NCBI GenBank assembly: GCA_964016885.1
Contig: OZ024742.1
Location: forward strand, 96,472,001-96,536,000
Length of the DNA stretch: 64,000 nucleotides
From: Eledone cirrhosa
Taxonomy: Eukaryota
Direction of reading: 5' to 3'
Positions within the stretch are counted from its first letter, which is position 1. Each line of letters begins with the position of its first letter. The notes beneath the pieces were generated by a model. The model worked only from the letters and a program-made list of their open reading frames with translations, did no database searches and was not told where the DNA came from. This document shows, one piece after another, positions 1-11,599 of this stretch. Made by a program: the position numbers and the translations under genes.

Positions 1-689
1 TGTTCCATGTTGGTATGGTTTCTACAATGAGTTGCTCCTGAGGCAAAATCCTTACAATGTGGATGAGGTGTATTTAACTACTATTTTGCAGAGTGGACTT
101 GATGCATTTTACCCTGGAACTAGCACTATCCCCTAATTATATAGATATATATACATATCTTCATCAAGACATCCATTTTTCAATGCTTACATGGATTGAA
201 CAAGAGCTTTTCAGATATTTTTCTTTCAACATCTGTATGTCCTTCCTGATGCTAGCCCATACCTTATTCTGAGAATAATATATGCTGATGCTCTTTTTTA
301 ATCTCTATGCTATCAGATATATTTTTGATAGAGATATAAACAACTGTATCAACATTTTACTGTCTCTAGGGGTTCTTTACTTGATTTATCAACTATTATT
401 ATAGATATCTGCATTGTATCTTCTATATTTTCAAATTGTGAAATAAGACACATTGTCTATGAGTCTGCCTGTATTGCAATGATTGCTGTATCAGTTTAAA
501 AATTTGAATATTCGCATATTTGTATACATTTAACAGCATACATGTAAATCTGTGTGTGTAGTAGTCTTGCACGTCCATAATAAAATAAATGTATTAAGAA
601 AGTTTAAAAAAATAAATTTGGCTTAACAAAATATAAATCAATGAATCATGTCAAATGAATGTGAAATATTGTTTATAGACACATATATG

Positions 690-728
<39 letters not shown>

Positions 729-740
729 TGTATACAGTGT

Positions 741-1708
741 ATCATCATCATCATCACCATTTTACGTCCGTTCTTCCACGCTAGCATGGGTTAGACGGGT
801 TGTCCTGTTGTGGGCAGTATCTGGTCGGCTGACCATACCTTGCTCATACAGGAACTGATTTGGCTTCCTAACACCAACCTCATTTACAGTGAGTGCTGGG
901 TGCTTTTTCGTGGCGCCTACATGTCCACTTTACAGTGTGGGATGGGTGCTTTTTTGCCGTGGAACCTCCACGACCACCTTGCAGTGGGAGGGTGTGGGGG
1001 CATATTGTCTATATGCTTCAGCTTGTACCCATGGGAGGTCGGGTACTCTGTATTACTGTGTGACGCCAGAGGTCACGGTCATGTGTCATCACCTTGGAGA
1101 GGAGTAATTGGGTAAGGTCGGCTTTTATCACCTCATCCCAGGTCATCTTGGGTCTCCCCACTCCGCAGTTTCCATCGACTTCTAGTGCTCTGCACCTTTT
1201 TATGCAGCTGTCATCCTTCATACGCATCACATGTCCATACCAACACAACCGCCTCTCCTGCACACAGCATTTGATTCTTCTTATGCTCAGTCTCTCTCTC
1301 AATTCATTTATGCTTTGTCGTTCGCGTATATTACTATTACACATCCATCAGAGCATCCAGGCTTCGTTTCTCTCTAATCTACGTAAGTCTTCCACCTTCA
1401 GCGCCCAGGTCTCACTATCATGTAACATTGCTGTTCGGATACACGCATCATACAGTCTGCCTTTCATTTTGAGGGAGAAGCTTTTTGCAGCTAGCAGTGG
1501 CAGTAGTTCCCTGAACTTCTTCCATCCCGTTCTTACCCTAGTTATTGTACTTTCTGAACACCCACCTCCGCTGCTAATTCGGTCACCTAGGTAGCAGAAG
1601 CTGTCTACTGTTTCTACAGAGCCCTCCCAGAGATTGGTGGTACTTGTTTCCTGTGGCTGTTTGCTGCTTGCTGTCCCAGCACAGCTGCTGTATGTGAAGC
1701 CTACATTC
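741..1708 (-). mobile_element. RTE-clade LINE, 5'-truncated 3' fragment (ORF C-terminus + 3' UTR + (GAT)n tail)
   Basis: Minus strand translates as ...SVETVDSFCYLGDRISSGGGCSESTITRVRTGWKKFRELLPLL...RRLCWYGHVMRMKDD...GRPKMTWDEVIKADL...DRDLWR, the typical RTE post-RT region. It ends in AACCCATGCTAGCGTGGAAGAACGGACGTAAAATGGT(GAT)n. Confidence 0.85.
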
Positions 1709-1723
1709 TTAATTAAGCTTTTG

Positions 1724-1754
<31 letters not shown>

Positions 1755-1951
1755 ATGTGTATATATATATATATATTTATGCACACATGCACACACACAC
1801 ACATATATATACACACACATACATATGTATATATATATTTGTATATATATACACATACATGTATATAGTATATGTATATAGGTTGTATTTATATGGATGT
1901 ATGCGAACAGTAAATGGAAAACTATGCAGCAGGCGATACAGTACAATGAAG

Positions 1952-1983
<32 letters not shown>

Positions 1984-2008
1984 ATATATACAGAGAGAGA
2001 GAGAGAGA
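1724..2008. repeat. Compound (TA)/(CA)/(GA) microsatellite
   Basis: Directly visible dinucleotide tracts. Confidence 0.9.
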
Positions 2009-2419
2009 TGTATCATAATATGTGCTATCATGATCATGCTCATCCTTATTTTACCAGGCTGTGTGAGATGGTTTTATAATACACCTCCAGTGTGTGAATA
2101 TGTGTCTAACAATATTTTATATCTATGTGTGAGTGTGTGCATGTATGTATATTTAAATATGTTTCCATTTCTTATTCATTTATTAAATCTATTTGCACAC
2201 CTAAAACTCAACATCATCATCATCACTTTATTTGCTTTATATGCTGGCATGAATTGAACAGTTCATCGCAGGCAAAGTTATTCCTTATTCTAGATATGTT
2301 AGTGGAGTCACATCTCGCTCATACTATATATTTTGGCATGGCCTCTACTGCTGGAAGAAACATTTTAATTGCAACATCTTTACAAACTGTAATTGGTGAT
2401 TGTTGTCATTTTACCAGCA

Positions 2420-4185
2420 AGTAGAAACTGCAAGAAAGAAAGCGGAAAATAAAAATTGTAAGCATGTTTTGCAGTGTCAGGCCCAAAGGCATGAGGTGTT
2501 CAGGATTGCAAGGCAGTGTGTCAGGGAAATTGTGATGTTGGTGGAGAGAAGTGTGTCCAAGATGATAATGGTAAACATGCCCTCAGTGATGCTGAAAAGA
2601 AGGTAGCATAGAAGTGCCATGGTGTACTTGCCCTCACTGCAGGTTATAACAGAGGAGACTGGCTGCCCATGGGAAGCTCTGTATGCATATAACCTAACCT
2701 TTATAGCTGAATCTATGGCAGAATTCTTCTTCTTCTTCTTCTTCTTCTTCTTCTTCTTCTTCTTCTTCTTCTTCTTCTTCTTCTTCTTCTTCTTCTTTCT
2801 AAAAGATAGCCTACTGAAGGCAACAAACACAATCTCTGGTTGTAGCAGGTCTCTAGGAAGAAGGAGAGTGACTTAGGTGTGGTAGAGTAAGGTGGAGGAG
2901 ATAATTAAGGCCAACAGACAAGCATGGAAAGAATAGCAATGTGGGGGAAGTAGAGAACACTACCAGTAGGCTAAGAAAGAAGCTAGGAGACAAGTGCATT
3001 TTGCAAGAAGGGAAGCAGGGATAAAAAATTTAACTATGCCCTGCAATGCAAGGACCAAAGGCGTGAGGTATTCATGATTATGAGGTAATGTGTCAGGGAA
3101 AATTGTGATGCCCTGGGGAAGAAGTGTGTTTCTGATGATAATGGTGTACTTTCCATCACTGATGCTCAAAAGAAGGTAGCATGCAAGTGCCCCTATGAAA
3201 GACAACTAAATGAGGAGAATGAAGGGTCCCGCTGTGCTAGTTAGCTATAGTGTAGTAAATAAAGAAATCAAAGATAAGAAGACAGACATAGTAGTTGGAC
3301 CTTTGGGAATAGTTGCTGAGGTTTCGAAAGGATCTGGGATGGTGGGTCACAACATAGTCACAGGATACTAGTTCATTCAAATGTCCAGATGGCTCTGTAG
3401 AAATAGTCAGCAGTTTCTGTTACCTGGGTGACCAAATCTGCAGTGGAGGGTAGTGTTCCTAAATTACAGTAGCCAGAGTAAGAATGGGATGGAGAAACTT
3501 CAGGGAGCTACTACCACTGTTAACTACAAATGTTTTTTCCTTTAAAATGATGTGCAGATTGTATGATGTATGTATATGAACAACTATGTAGTATAGTAGT
3601 ATAGTAGTGAGACTGGGCACTGTGTGCAGAAGACCTGCAAGTATTGGAAACAAATGAAGCCTGCATACTCCGATGGATGTATAATAATAATATACACAAA
3701 CGCCAAAGTGTAAATGAATTGAGAGATAAATTTGGGATAAGAGGGATCAGATGCAGTTTGCTAGAGAAGTTATTGCGTTAGTATGGTCATGTAATGTGTA
3801 TGAAAGATGACAGCTGTATAGAAAGGTGGAAGGGGATCAAAGTTGATGGAAGTTATGGAGTTGGAAGAATCAGGAAGACCAACAACCACCCATCCACTTC
3901 TGTTCACACCACACTTACACTGTAAAGTTGTCATGTTTCTATCACAAGGAAAGGCATCCAGCCCACACTGTAAAGTGGTCTTGTAGGTGTCACAAGAAAA
4001 AGTACCCAGCACACACTGTAAATGTGGTTGGCATAAGGAAAGGCATCCAGCTGTAGAATCAAAGCCAGAAGCAGTTCTATATGAGCAAGACAGTCACCTG
4101 ACCCAAATTTCCTCAAACAGGACAACCCATCTAACCCATGCTTGCATGGAGAATATATGTTAAACAATGATGAGGATGATGATAT
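2420..4185 (+). mobile_element. Degenerate RTE-clade LINE remnant(s) lacking the RT core
   Basis: Linker-like peptide remnants (EVFRIARQCVRE..EKCV.DDNG..L.DAEKK) occur at ~2480-2620 and again at ~3055-3190. 3390-3880 is homologous to the 741-1708 copy (VSSFCYLGDQI, RVRMGWRNFRELLPLL, YGHVMCMKDD). The 3' end is AACCCATGCTTGCATGGAGAA...GATGAG. Many stops and frameshifts. Confidence 0.75.
2723..2797. repeat. (TTC)n microsatellite
   Basis: About 25 perfect TTC units. Confidence 0.97.
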
Positions 4186-4368
4186 AAATATATTTAACAT
4201 GCTAAGAAATGCTGTCACAAAATGTCCTCTCCATCCCAATCCACCATAGAATAGTGGAGAAAAGACGATGATGATGATGTTAATGATAATGGAAGGGATT
4301 AAATTTTGTGATAAACTGAAACTTAAATTTTGTATTTATATGTACAAAATATGAGGGGAAAATATATT

Positions 4369-4563
4369 TGCACATAAATACATAACATGTATACACTCAC
4401 AAACTTACACATATGCACACATATATATATGTGTGTGCATATATGAATACCCATGAAAACACACATACACAAACATATATGATGTTTTAACAGAAAACTC
4501 ATTCTGCACATAAATACATAACATACATACACTCACAGACTTACATATACAAACATATATATT

Positions 4564-4613
<50 letters not shown>

Positions 4614-4683
4614 CATATATATATATACACATGTAAACATGCATACACAAACATATATGATGTTTTAACAGAAAACTCATTCA
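4369..4683. repeat. Two-copy tandem duplication (~136 bp; second copy has an expanded TA tract)
   Basis: TGCACATAAATACATAACAT...ACACAAACATATATGATGTTTTAACAGAAAACTCATTC occurs twice in tandem. Confidence 0.85.
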
Positions 4684-5163
4684 AAATGATAGCAAAGGAC
4701 TACGATTACAATAGTGTGAAAGTAACTTTCAAACCCTAACACCCACAACCCTTCCCCTTAGAATCCTCCCATGTCCCAAGATTATATGTTAGCTTTGTTA
4801 TTTACTGGAATAATCTGTGGCATCATGCAACTGTGACATGCAAAGAATGGCGTCAAAGTGTGAGCATGTGATTAAATCTTCACTGCACATCTGAATATCT
4901 TTTAAACTGTCATTCAGCAAGTTTACCCTTCCATAGCAGTGACACATTCAGTTGCACACATGCATCATACATACTTTTACACATGCATGCAGATGCACAC
5001 CTAATCTCAAATCTAACTCATCACATATATAAACCACCCACATTCAAATCATATACAAATATCAATAATTATAAGATTGGTATCACATACACACTTGCAC
5101 CAATACACAGAGAAAGATAAACACACACACATACACACACATACACATATATATATATATACA

Positions 5164-5352
5164 TAATTGTTTCTACTTTAGGCACAAGGCCAGCAATTAC
5201 CCAGTGCATTACTGGTACTTTATTTTATCGACCCCGTAAGGATGAAACGCAAAGTCAACCTCGGCGGGATTTGAACTCAGATCCTAAAGGGACATAACTA
5301 TGCTGGAAAGCATGGCGTCCGACCTTCTACCGATACTGCCAATCCACCGCCT
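5164..5352 (-). mobile_element. tRNA-derived SINE (Meta-domain-like), copy 1
   Basis: Minus strand: GGCGGTGGATTGGCAGTATCGG (A-box-like) ... GAGTTCAAATCC (B-box) ... TTTCATCCTTACGGGGTCGATAAAATAAAGTACCAG ... CCTTGTGCCTAAAGTAGAAAC + ATT tail. Confidence 0.85.
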
Positions 5353-5414
5353 CTATATATATACATAATGTTTGTAATTTAGCTTGCAAATACAATATAT
5401 GTTATAAACATGAT

Positions 5415-5995
5415 GATAATAAAAATAAAATAATGAAATTATTGTTTACAGTGCTCAGGTGCACTACAACTCATCAAAGGTGCATTCATAGTACATAGAA
5501 TAATGTACAAATGTCAGGAAAGTGAACAGTGTATGAGTCATGATATACATGAGTGCGTGTGTATGGAGGGGACGATATCAGGTGTAGTGTTGGCGAATTT
5601 CAGGAAGCATGGAGGTTTTAAAGGATGCAGTGTCTCGACAGCTAACAACTGATGCAGGTAGTTTTGTTCCATGCAACTCTGAGTGTGAAAAAATGTTTCT
5701 GAAAGTCATGGTAGCTGTACAGTTTTCTGACTCTGTAGGCATGCCCATGAGTGTTGGACACATGGAATTCAAAATGGTGCTCAGGGTTGTTGTTGGAAAG
5801 ATGGTTAATAATTTTGTTAGTTGCCACATATCAGAGATTCAATGTATCCATGACCAGGGAAGCAAAGCATTCAGAGTATGGTAGATGCCTGATGGAGGGC
5901 ATTCGCTTGGTTGCACGTCTCTGAACAGTTTCCAGGAGGTCAATGTTCTGAGCAAGATAGGGGTTATAGACTGGTGATGCAAATTCTAAGTGTAT
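5415..5995 (-). mobile_element. CR1-group LINE 3' fragment
   Basis: Minus strand translates as HLEFASPVYNPYLAQNIDLLETVQRRATKRM...THGHAYRVRK...FFTLRVAWNKLP.SVV....SFK (joined across a frameshift), the characteristic CR1 C-terminal region, followed by a 3' UTR. Confidence 0.85.
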
Positions 5996-6002
5996 GTGCA
6001 TA

Positions 6003-6893
6003 TAATAATTGTTTCTACTTTAGGCACAAGGCCAGAAATTACCCAGTGAATTACTGGTACTTCATTTTATCCACCCCATAAGGATGAAAGGCAAAGTTAA
6101 CCTCGGCGGGATTTGAACTCAGATCATAAAGGGACGTAACTCTATGCTTCAAAGCATGGTGTTCGACTCTCTACCGATACTGCCAATCCACCATAGAGTT
6201 ACGTCCCTTTACGTTCTGAGTTCATTTCCTCCCAAGGTTAACTTTACTTTTAATCCTTACGGGGTCGATAAAATAAAACACCAGTAACATACAGAGGTCA
6301 ATTTAATCGACTTTTCCCTCCCCAAAATGCTTGCCTTGTGCCTATATAAGATACCATTATTATTATTATAATGGTATCTTATATGCTGCGAAGCATGGTG
6401 TCCGACACTCTAACGATACTGCCAATTCACTACATAATAATAATAATTGTTTCTATTTTAGGCACAAGGCCAGCAACTAACCAGTACATTACTGGTACTT
6501 TATTTTATCGACCTCGTAAGGATGAAAGACAAAGTTAACCTCAGCGGGATTTGAACTCAGAATGGTAAGGGACGTAACTCTTTGCGTCAAAGCATGCCGT
6601 CCGACCCTCTATTGATACTGCCAATCCACCGCCCTAATAATAATAATAATAATTGTTTCTACTTTTGGCACAAGGCCAGCAATCACCCAGTGCATTACTG
6701 GTACTTTATTTTATCGACCCCGTAAGGATGAAAGGCAAAGTTAACCTCGGCGGGATTTGAACTCAGAATTGTAAGGGACGTAACTCTATGCGTCAAAGCA
6801 TGGCGTCCGACCCTCTACCGATTCTGCCAATTCATAATAATTGTTTCTACTTTAGGCACAAGGCCAGCAATAACCCAGTGCATTACTGGTACT
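6003..6893 (-). mobile_element. Cluster of tandem ~190-bp SINE copies (6003-6192, 6435-6635, 6636-6833, partial 6834-6893) with an inverted copy at 6193-6370
   Basis: The same SINE as 5164-5352 is repeated head-to-tail, separated by (TAA)n. 6193-6370 is a + strand, 5'-truncated copy with a longer body. Confidence 0.88.
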
Positions 6894-9800
6894 GGGTAAC
6901 TGATGATAAGCAACAAGTCGAAACAAATTTCAAAAGTGTTGAACGTAACAGCCCTACTTCTCATGAAACTAAAATAAAAAAAGTAAAAAATAAAAACAGC
7001 ACAGCAGCAACGAAAAACGTAAAGAAAAAAAAAACAAACAAACAAAAAAACTAAGTCAGACATTCAAACATTACATTACAATGAAACTTATGTTTATTTT
7101 TTAAAGTTTTTACCTATTTATTTGTTTATATATTTATGTTCGTCTACAGCGTGATAGTGGTACGCTAAAATCACCGGGGTGGGGGGTGGGGGGTGATCAA
7201 ATCAGTGGGGGTGATGAAATCACCGGTGGTTATGTAACCATACATTCATCAATCCTCGATATGAGTGTTTAAATGTCGAACCTAAACAGTTCGAATAACA
7301 GCGAAGTGGAGACTGGAATTTCATGTGACAGACTCTCACCGAGCAGGTGCTCCCTGGCCCAGCAGCAGGGACCTGGCTGACATCCAAATACTGCTGGTGT
7401 TGGAGGAAGAAGAAGAAGGAAAGGGACCAGAACCAACTGGACGAAAGAATTGAATAGAACTGTTATGCAATGTTACCTGAAGAGTAACCCCAGGGGAAAA
7501 GGCTATAGGAAACGGATGCATAACATCTGGAACGAGATTGGTCTATTTAAATTAGATGAACAAAAATTGGCCGGGCAGGCTCGGGTAATAAGAACTAATT
7601 GGTGGATAAGCGAGCTGGAACTGGAGGAACTCAGTAGAGAGATTAGGTTGGAAATGGAGAGTGGAGTATGCCAGGCAAACGAGCCAGTGGGAGATGAAGG
7701 TAAAGAGGTTGAGAGAACGGAGGAAGCATCCGAAGCAGACAATGATCTGAATCCTGAAATAAATAATACCTGGAACAAAGATACGGCCATTGAGGAGATG
7801 AATGCTGACGGGCTAGGACAAGATTTGGTTGATATCCTAAAATTAGTGGTAGATGAAATGAACAATGATAGTGGGAAACCTATGAACCTAGATTTGTAGA
7901 CAGGAAAAAGTTAAAAGAAACAACAGCTCAGGTAAACAAAGTCATCCCATATCTTGAGGCGAGGAACCTTCACCAGTGCAACAATATCCTCAAAGCAACA
8001 GCAAATGCGGTGAGGAAATTACCTGGCATAAAAGCGAGAGGAAACAAGAAACAAGAAAGATCAGAACCTTGGTGGAAGAAACGACTGAATGGTCAAATCA
8101 GGGAAATGAGAAATGACATTGGAAAGCTTGAGTCCCTACTGAATGGGACACTACAAAAACATAGACACTAAAAATAGACTGGAAATAAAGTACAAAACTA
8201 GGAGGAAAAAGCTAAATATTATCATAGAGGAACTGAAGCAACGCATTGTAGCAAAGAGCGCAAAGATTAGGCGATACGAGAACAGAGTCAGTCAGTATAG
8301 ACAGAACCGCATGTTTTACAACAGCCTGAAGATGCTGTTTGTACAGCTTGAAGGGAAAGAAAGAGGCAACGACTAGATCCCTGAGGCAGAACAAACTAAG
8401 ACATTATGGAGAGGAATATGGGAGCAGGATGTTAAACAATGACCAGGCAGTGTGGATTGAGACAGTACAAAAGGAGATTAGTGAACAGGCACACCAACAA
8501 ACTGATTTGAGTATCACAGTTGAAACTCTTAAGGGGCAGGCCAGAAAACTAACCAACTGGAATCACCAGGGCCAGATGGTATGCAGGGGTATTGGATTAA
8601 AATATAACATCCCTCCACTCGAAACTGACAACCATGTTCAATGACTGCTTGATGTCAGGTAAGGTACCAGAGTGGTTGACAAAAAGTACCACAGGTCTGG
8701 TAACGAAAGACCGAACCAAGGGTAATGATGTTACCAACTATAGACCTATCACATGTCTGTCCATAATGTGGAAACTGTTAACAAGCATTGTGTCTGAGGA
8801 AATCTACCATCAACTCCACATAAACAACTTGTTACCGGACGAACATAAAGGATGCCGAAAGAAGCCTCGTGGTACAAAGGACCAGTTACTTATTGATAGG
8901 ATGGTAATGAGGAATTGCAGGAGGAGACACAGTGGTCTTGCCATGGGATGGATAGACTACAAAAAGGCATTCAACATGGTACCTCATTCTTGGATAACCA
9001 AAAGCCTAGAGATCTTCAAGGTGGCAGATAACATCAGACAGTTGTTGAGCAAAAGTATGAAGTCCTGGAAAACAGAGTTAACATCGGGCGGAGAATCCTT
9101 GGGAGACGTGAAAATCAAGAGAAGTATCTTCCAGGGAGATAGTTTGTCCCCTCTGTTGTTTGTCCTTGCCCTGATCCCCCTGACTATTATACTGCGAAAA
9201 GTGAGAGCAGGATACAAGTTGGGAAAGGGTGAGCTTACCATCAATCACCTCCTCTTCATGGACGATCTTAAGCTCTTCCGGAAGAGTGAGGAGGAGTTGG
9301 ATGTGTTTGTTGACACTGTCCGTATTTTCAGCAATGATATATGTATGCAATTTGGTATTAGTAAGTGTGGAGTCCTAGTGATGAAGAGGGGTAAATTGAG
9401 CAGAAGCAACGGAATCCAGGTACCAACAGGTGAGATGATAAAGGAAATTGATACTGAAGAAGCATACACATATTCATGTGTTCTGGAGGCTGATGACATC
9501 AAGAACAAAGAAATGAAGGAATTGATAAGATCTGAATAGATTCGGAGAGTAAGGAGTGTATTAAAGTCACATCTGAACAGTAAGAATGCCATAAGTGCAG
9601 TAAATTCCCGAGCTGTGTCTATTATTAGGTACAGTGCGGGAATTCTGAGATGGAATGTTGCTGAACAAAAAGAAATGGATAGGAAGACTAGGAAGCTATT
9701 GATTATCTATAACATGTTCCGCAAGAGGAGTGATGTCGATAGACTCTACTTAAGGAGATCTCAAGGTGGAAGAGGTCTTATCAGCATAGAGGACTGTGTT

Positions 9801-10777
9801 CAGATGGAGAAAAACAACCTACACAAATACGTAACTGATAGTAGGCAGCCAATGCTCAGAATTGTACTGAAGGAGAGGACAATAAATCAGGGGATGTCCA
9901 AGGAGGAAATAATAACAACAAGGAGAAAGAGCAACCTTCATGAAAAATCCCTTCATAGTACCTTCTTTGAGAAAACTGAATTTAGAGATCCAGAGACATG
10001 GAACTGGTTGAAAAGAGGAGACCTTAAAAAAGCTACAGAAGGAATGCTAATGGCTGCGCAAGAGCAGGCCCTCAAAACGAAGTGGCTGAAACACCATATT
10101 TACAAGGAGGAGGCTAGCCCACTGTGTAGGATCTGTGGAGAGAGAGAGGAGACTGTGGCTCATATTGTATCCGAGTGTAAACACCTAGCCCAGACTCACT
10201 ATAAAGGCTGGAGATATGATGTGATGGGCAGGGTGATCCACTGGCACTTATGCAAAGTAAACAATTTGCCACATTCTGAGAATTGGTATGAGCATAATCC
10301 AGAGTCGGTGATAGAAAACGATCAGGTGAAGATGCTGCGGGATTTTAGGATACAGACGGACAAGAGACTGGAACACAATAGACCTGACCTGGTGGTTTTG
10401 GACAAGGAAAAAAGATCGTCCCTGATTGTGGATGTAGCCTGCCCATTCGACACAAGAGTGCAAGAGAAGGAGAGGGAGAAAATAAACCGATACCAAGACT
10501 TAAAGTGGGAGGTAAAAAGGATTTGGAACTACCATGAGGTCAAAGTGGTCCCGATTGTCATAGGCGCACTAGGTACTATCTCAAAGAGTTTCCGAGGATG
10601 GTTAAAGAACATTGGTCCCGCCCCGCTTTTTGGAACACTTCAAAAGGCATGCTTGCTGGAAGCAGCAAGAACCCTCCGATACGTCCTAAATATCTGAGGC
10701 TGCAGGTAGTGGCTTGATATTCATTTCAACAAACTTTCCAGTTAAATAACATCAATGACTGAGACTCAAATAACAAT

Positions 10778-10820
<43 letters not shown>
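6894..10820 (+). mobile_element. R4/Dong-clade non-LTR retrotransposon (RLE type), near full length, inactivated
   Basis: One disrupted ORF carries an N-terminal WTKELNRTVMQCY..GYRKRMHNIW motif and RT motifs (NYRPITCL, GTKDQLLID, WIDYKKAF, IFQGDSLSPLLF, HLLFMDDLKLF). These are followed by a CCHC finger (CRICGEREETVAHIVSEC), an RLE motif (RPDLVV..DVACPFD..EKINRYQDL), a short 3' UTR and a (TAA)n tail. The 5' boundary is approximate. Confidence 0.88.
7273..10697 (+). pseudogene. Disrupted RT/endonuclease polyprotein ORF of the R4/Dong element
   Basis: ATG at 7273 is in frame with the 7450-7899 ORF. There are in-frame stops (GPG*HP at ~7378, GND*IPE at 8374, RSE*IRR at 9537) and frameshifts between the ORF pieces 7450-7899, 8143-8376, 8339-8644, 8634-9539 and 9615-10697. 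Confidence 0.88.
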
Positions 10821-11012
10821 TATTATTATTTCTACTTTAGGCACAAGGCCAGCAATTACCCAGTGTATTACTGGTACTTTATTTTATCGACCCCGTAAGG
10901 ATGAAAGGCAAAGTCAACCTCGGCGGGATTTGAACTCAGATCGTAAAGGGACGTAACTATGCTGGAAAGCATGGCGTCCGACCCTCTACTGATAGTGCCA
11001 ATCCACCGCCCT
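10821..11012 (-). mobile_element. tRNA-derived SINE copy (same family as 5164-5352)
   Basis: Full-length match to the cluster unit, flanked by (TAA)n on both sides. Confidence 0.88.
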
Positions 11013-11046
<34 letters not shown>

Positions 11047-11069
11047 GAAGAAGAAGAAGAAGATTCCTA

Positions 11070-11520
11070 TCTACATTCCTTTTCCCATGCTTGCATGGCT
11101 TTTTTCGAGTTCAGCTTGCCTCTACTTGTGTTCTTTTCTCAACTCCTCTCTGAAGTTTAGTGTTTTGATATTTGCTGTCACATTTTCAGCCTAAATTTTC
11201 CTAAGCCTTCCTTAACTTTATCTTCCTTTCACATAGAACTCCTGGCAATTCATCACTCAATGACCACCATCCACAGGCATCATGTGACTATAGCAGAGAA
11301 GTCTTCTCTCTTGCACGCTACATTTCATTCCTTTTAAATTCAGTGTTTCTCTTAGTTCATCTGTGCTTTATTATTCATAACCATTAACATCATACATCCA
11401 TTGAGGCATGTTTACTTTATTACTACCCAGCTTTCACATATCTTCTGCATTTACTGTTCATGTATCACTCTGATGCTATGCCTCACCTTACACAGAGGAA
11501 CCATACAGTAGTACGTGCTT
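11070..11520 (-). mobile_element. Highly degenerate RTE 3' fragment
   Basis: TTTTCCCATGCTTGCATGG terminus, plus residual similarity to the RRL..GH.M.....W and LLYGS regions of the 741-1708 copy. Confidence 0.5.
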
Positions 11521-11599
11521 TTAGTGAGAATTAATGAGCCATTTCTATGAAGTTGTGTAGCTATATACAGGTCTTCTTGGTGACTTGTGTATGGTCTAA

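Noticed and set aside
2477-2876. Poly-K and poly-F ORFs (likewise poly-L/I at 13193-13604)
   Set aside because: They are products of (TTC)n and (TAA)n tracts.
6003-6893. tRNA gene cluster or CRISPR-like array
   Set aside because: The units have A/B boxes but no cloverleaf, and they carry SINE bodies and ATT tails.
8634-10697. Active reverse transcriptase gene
   Set aside because: Multiple in-frame stops and frameshifts mark it as a dead copy.
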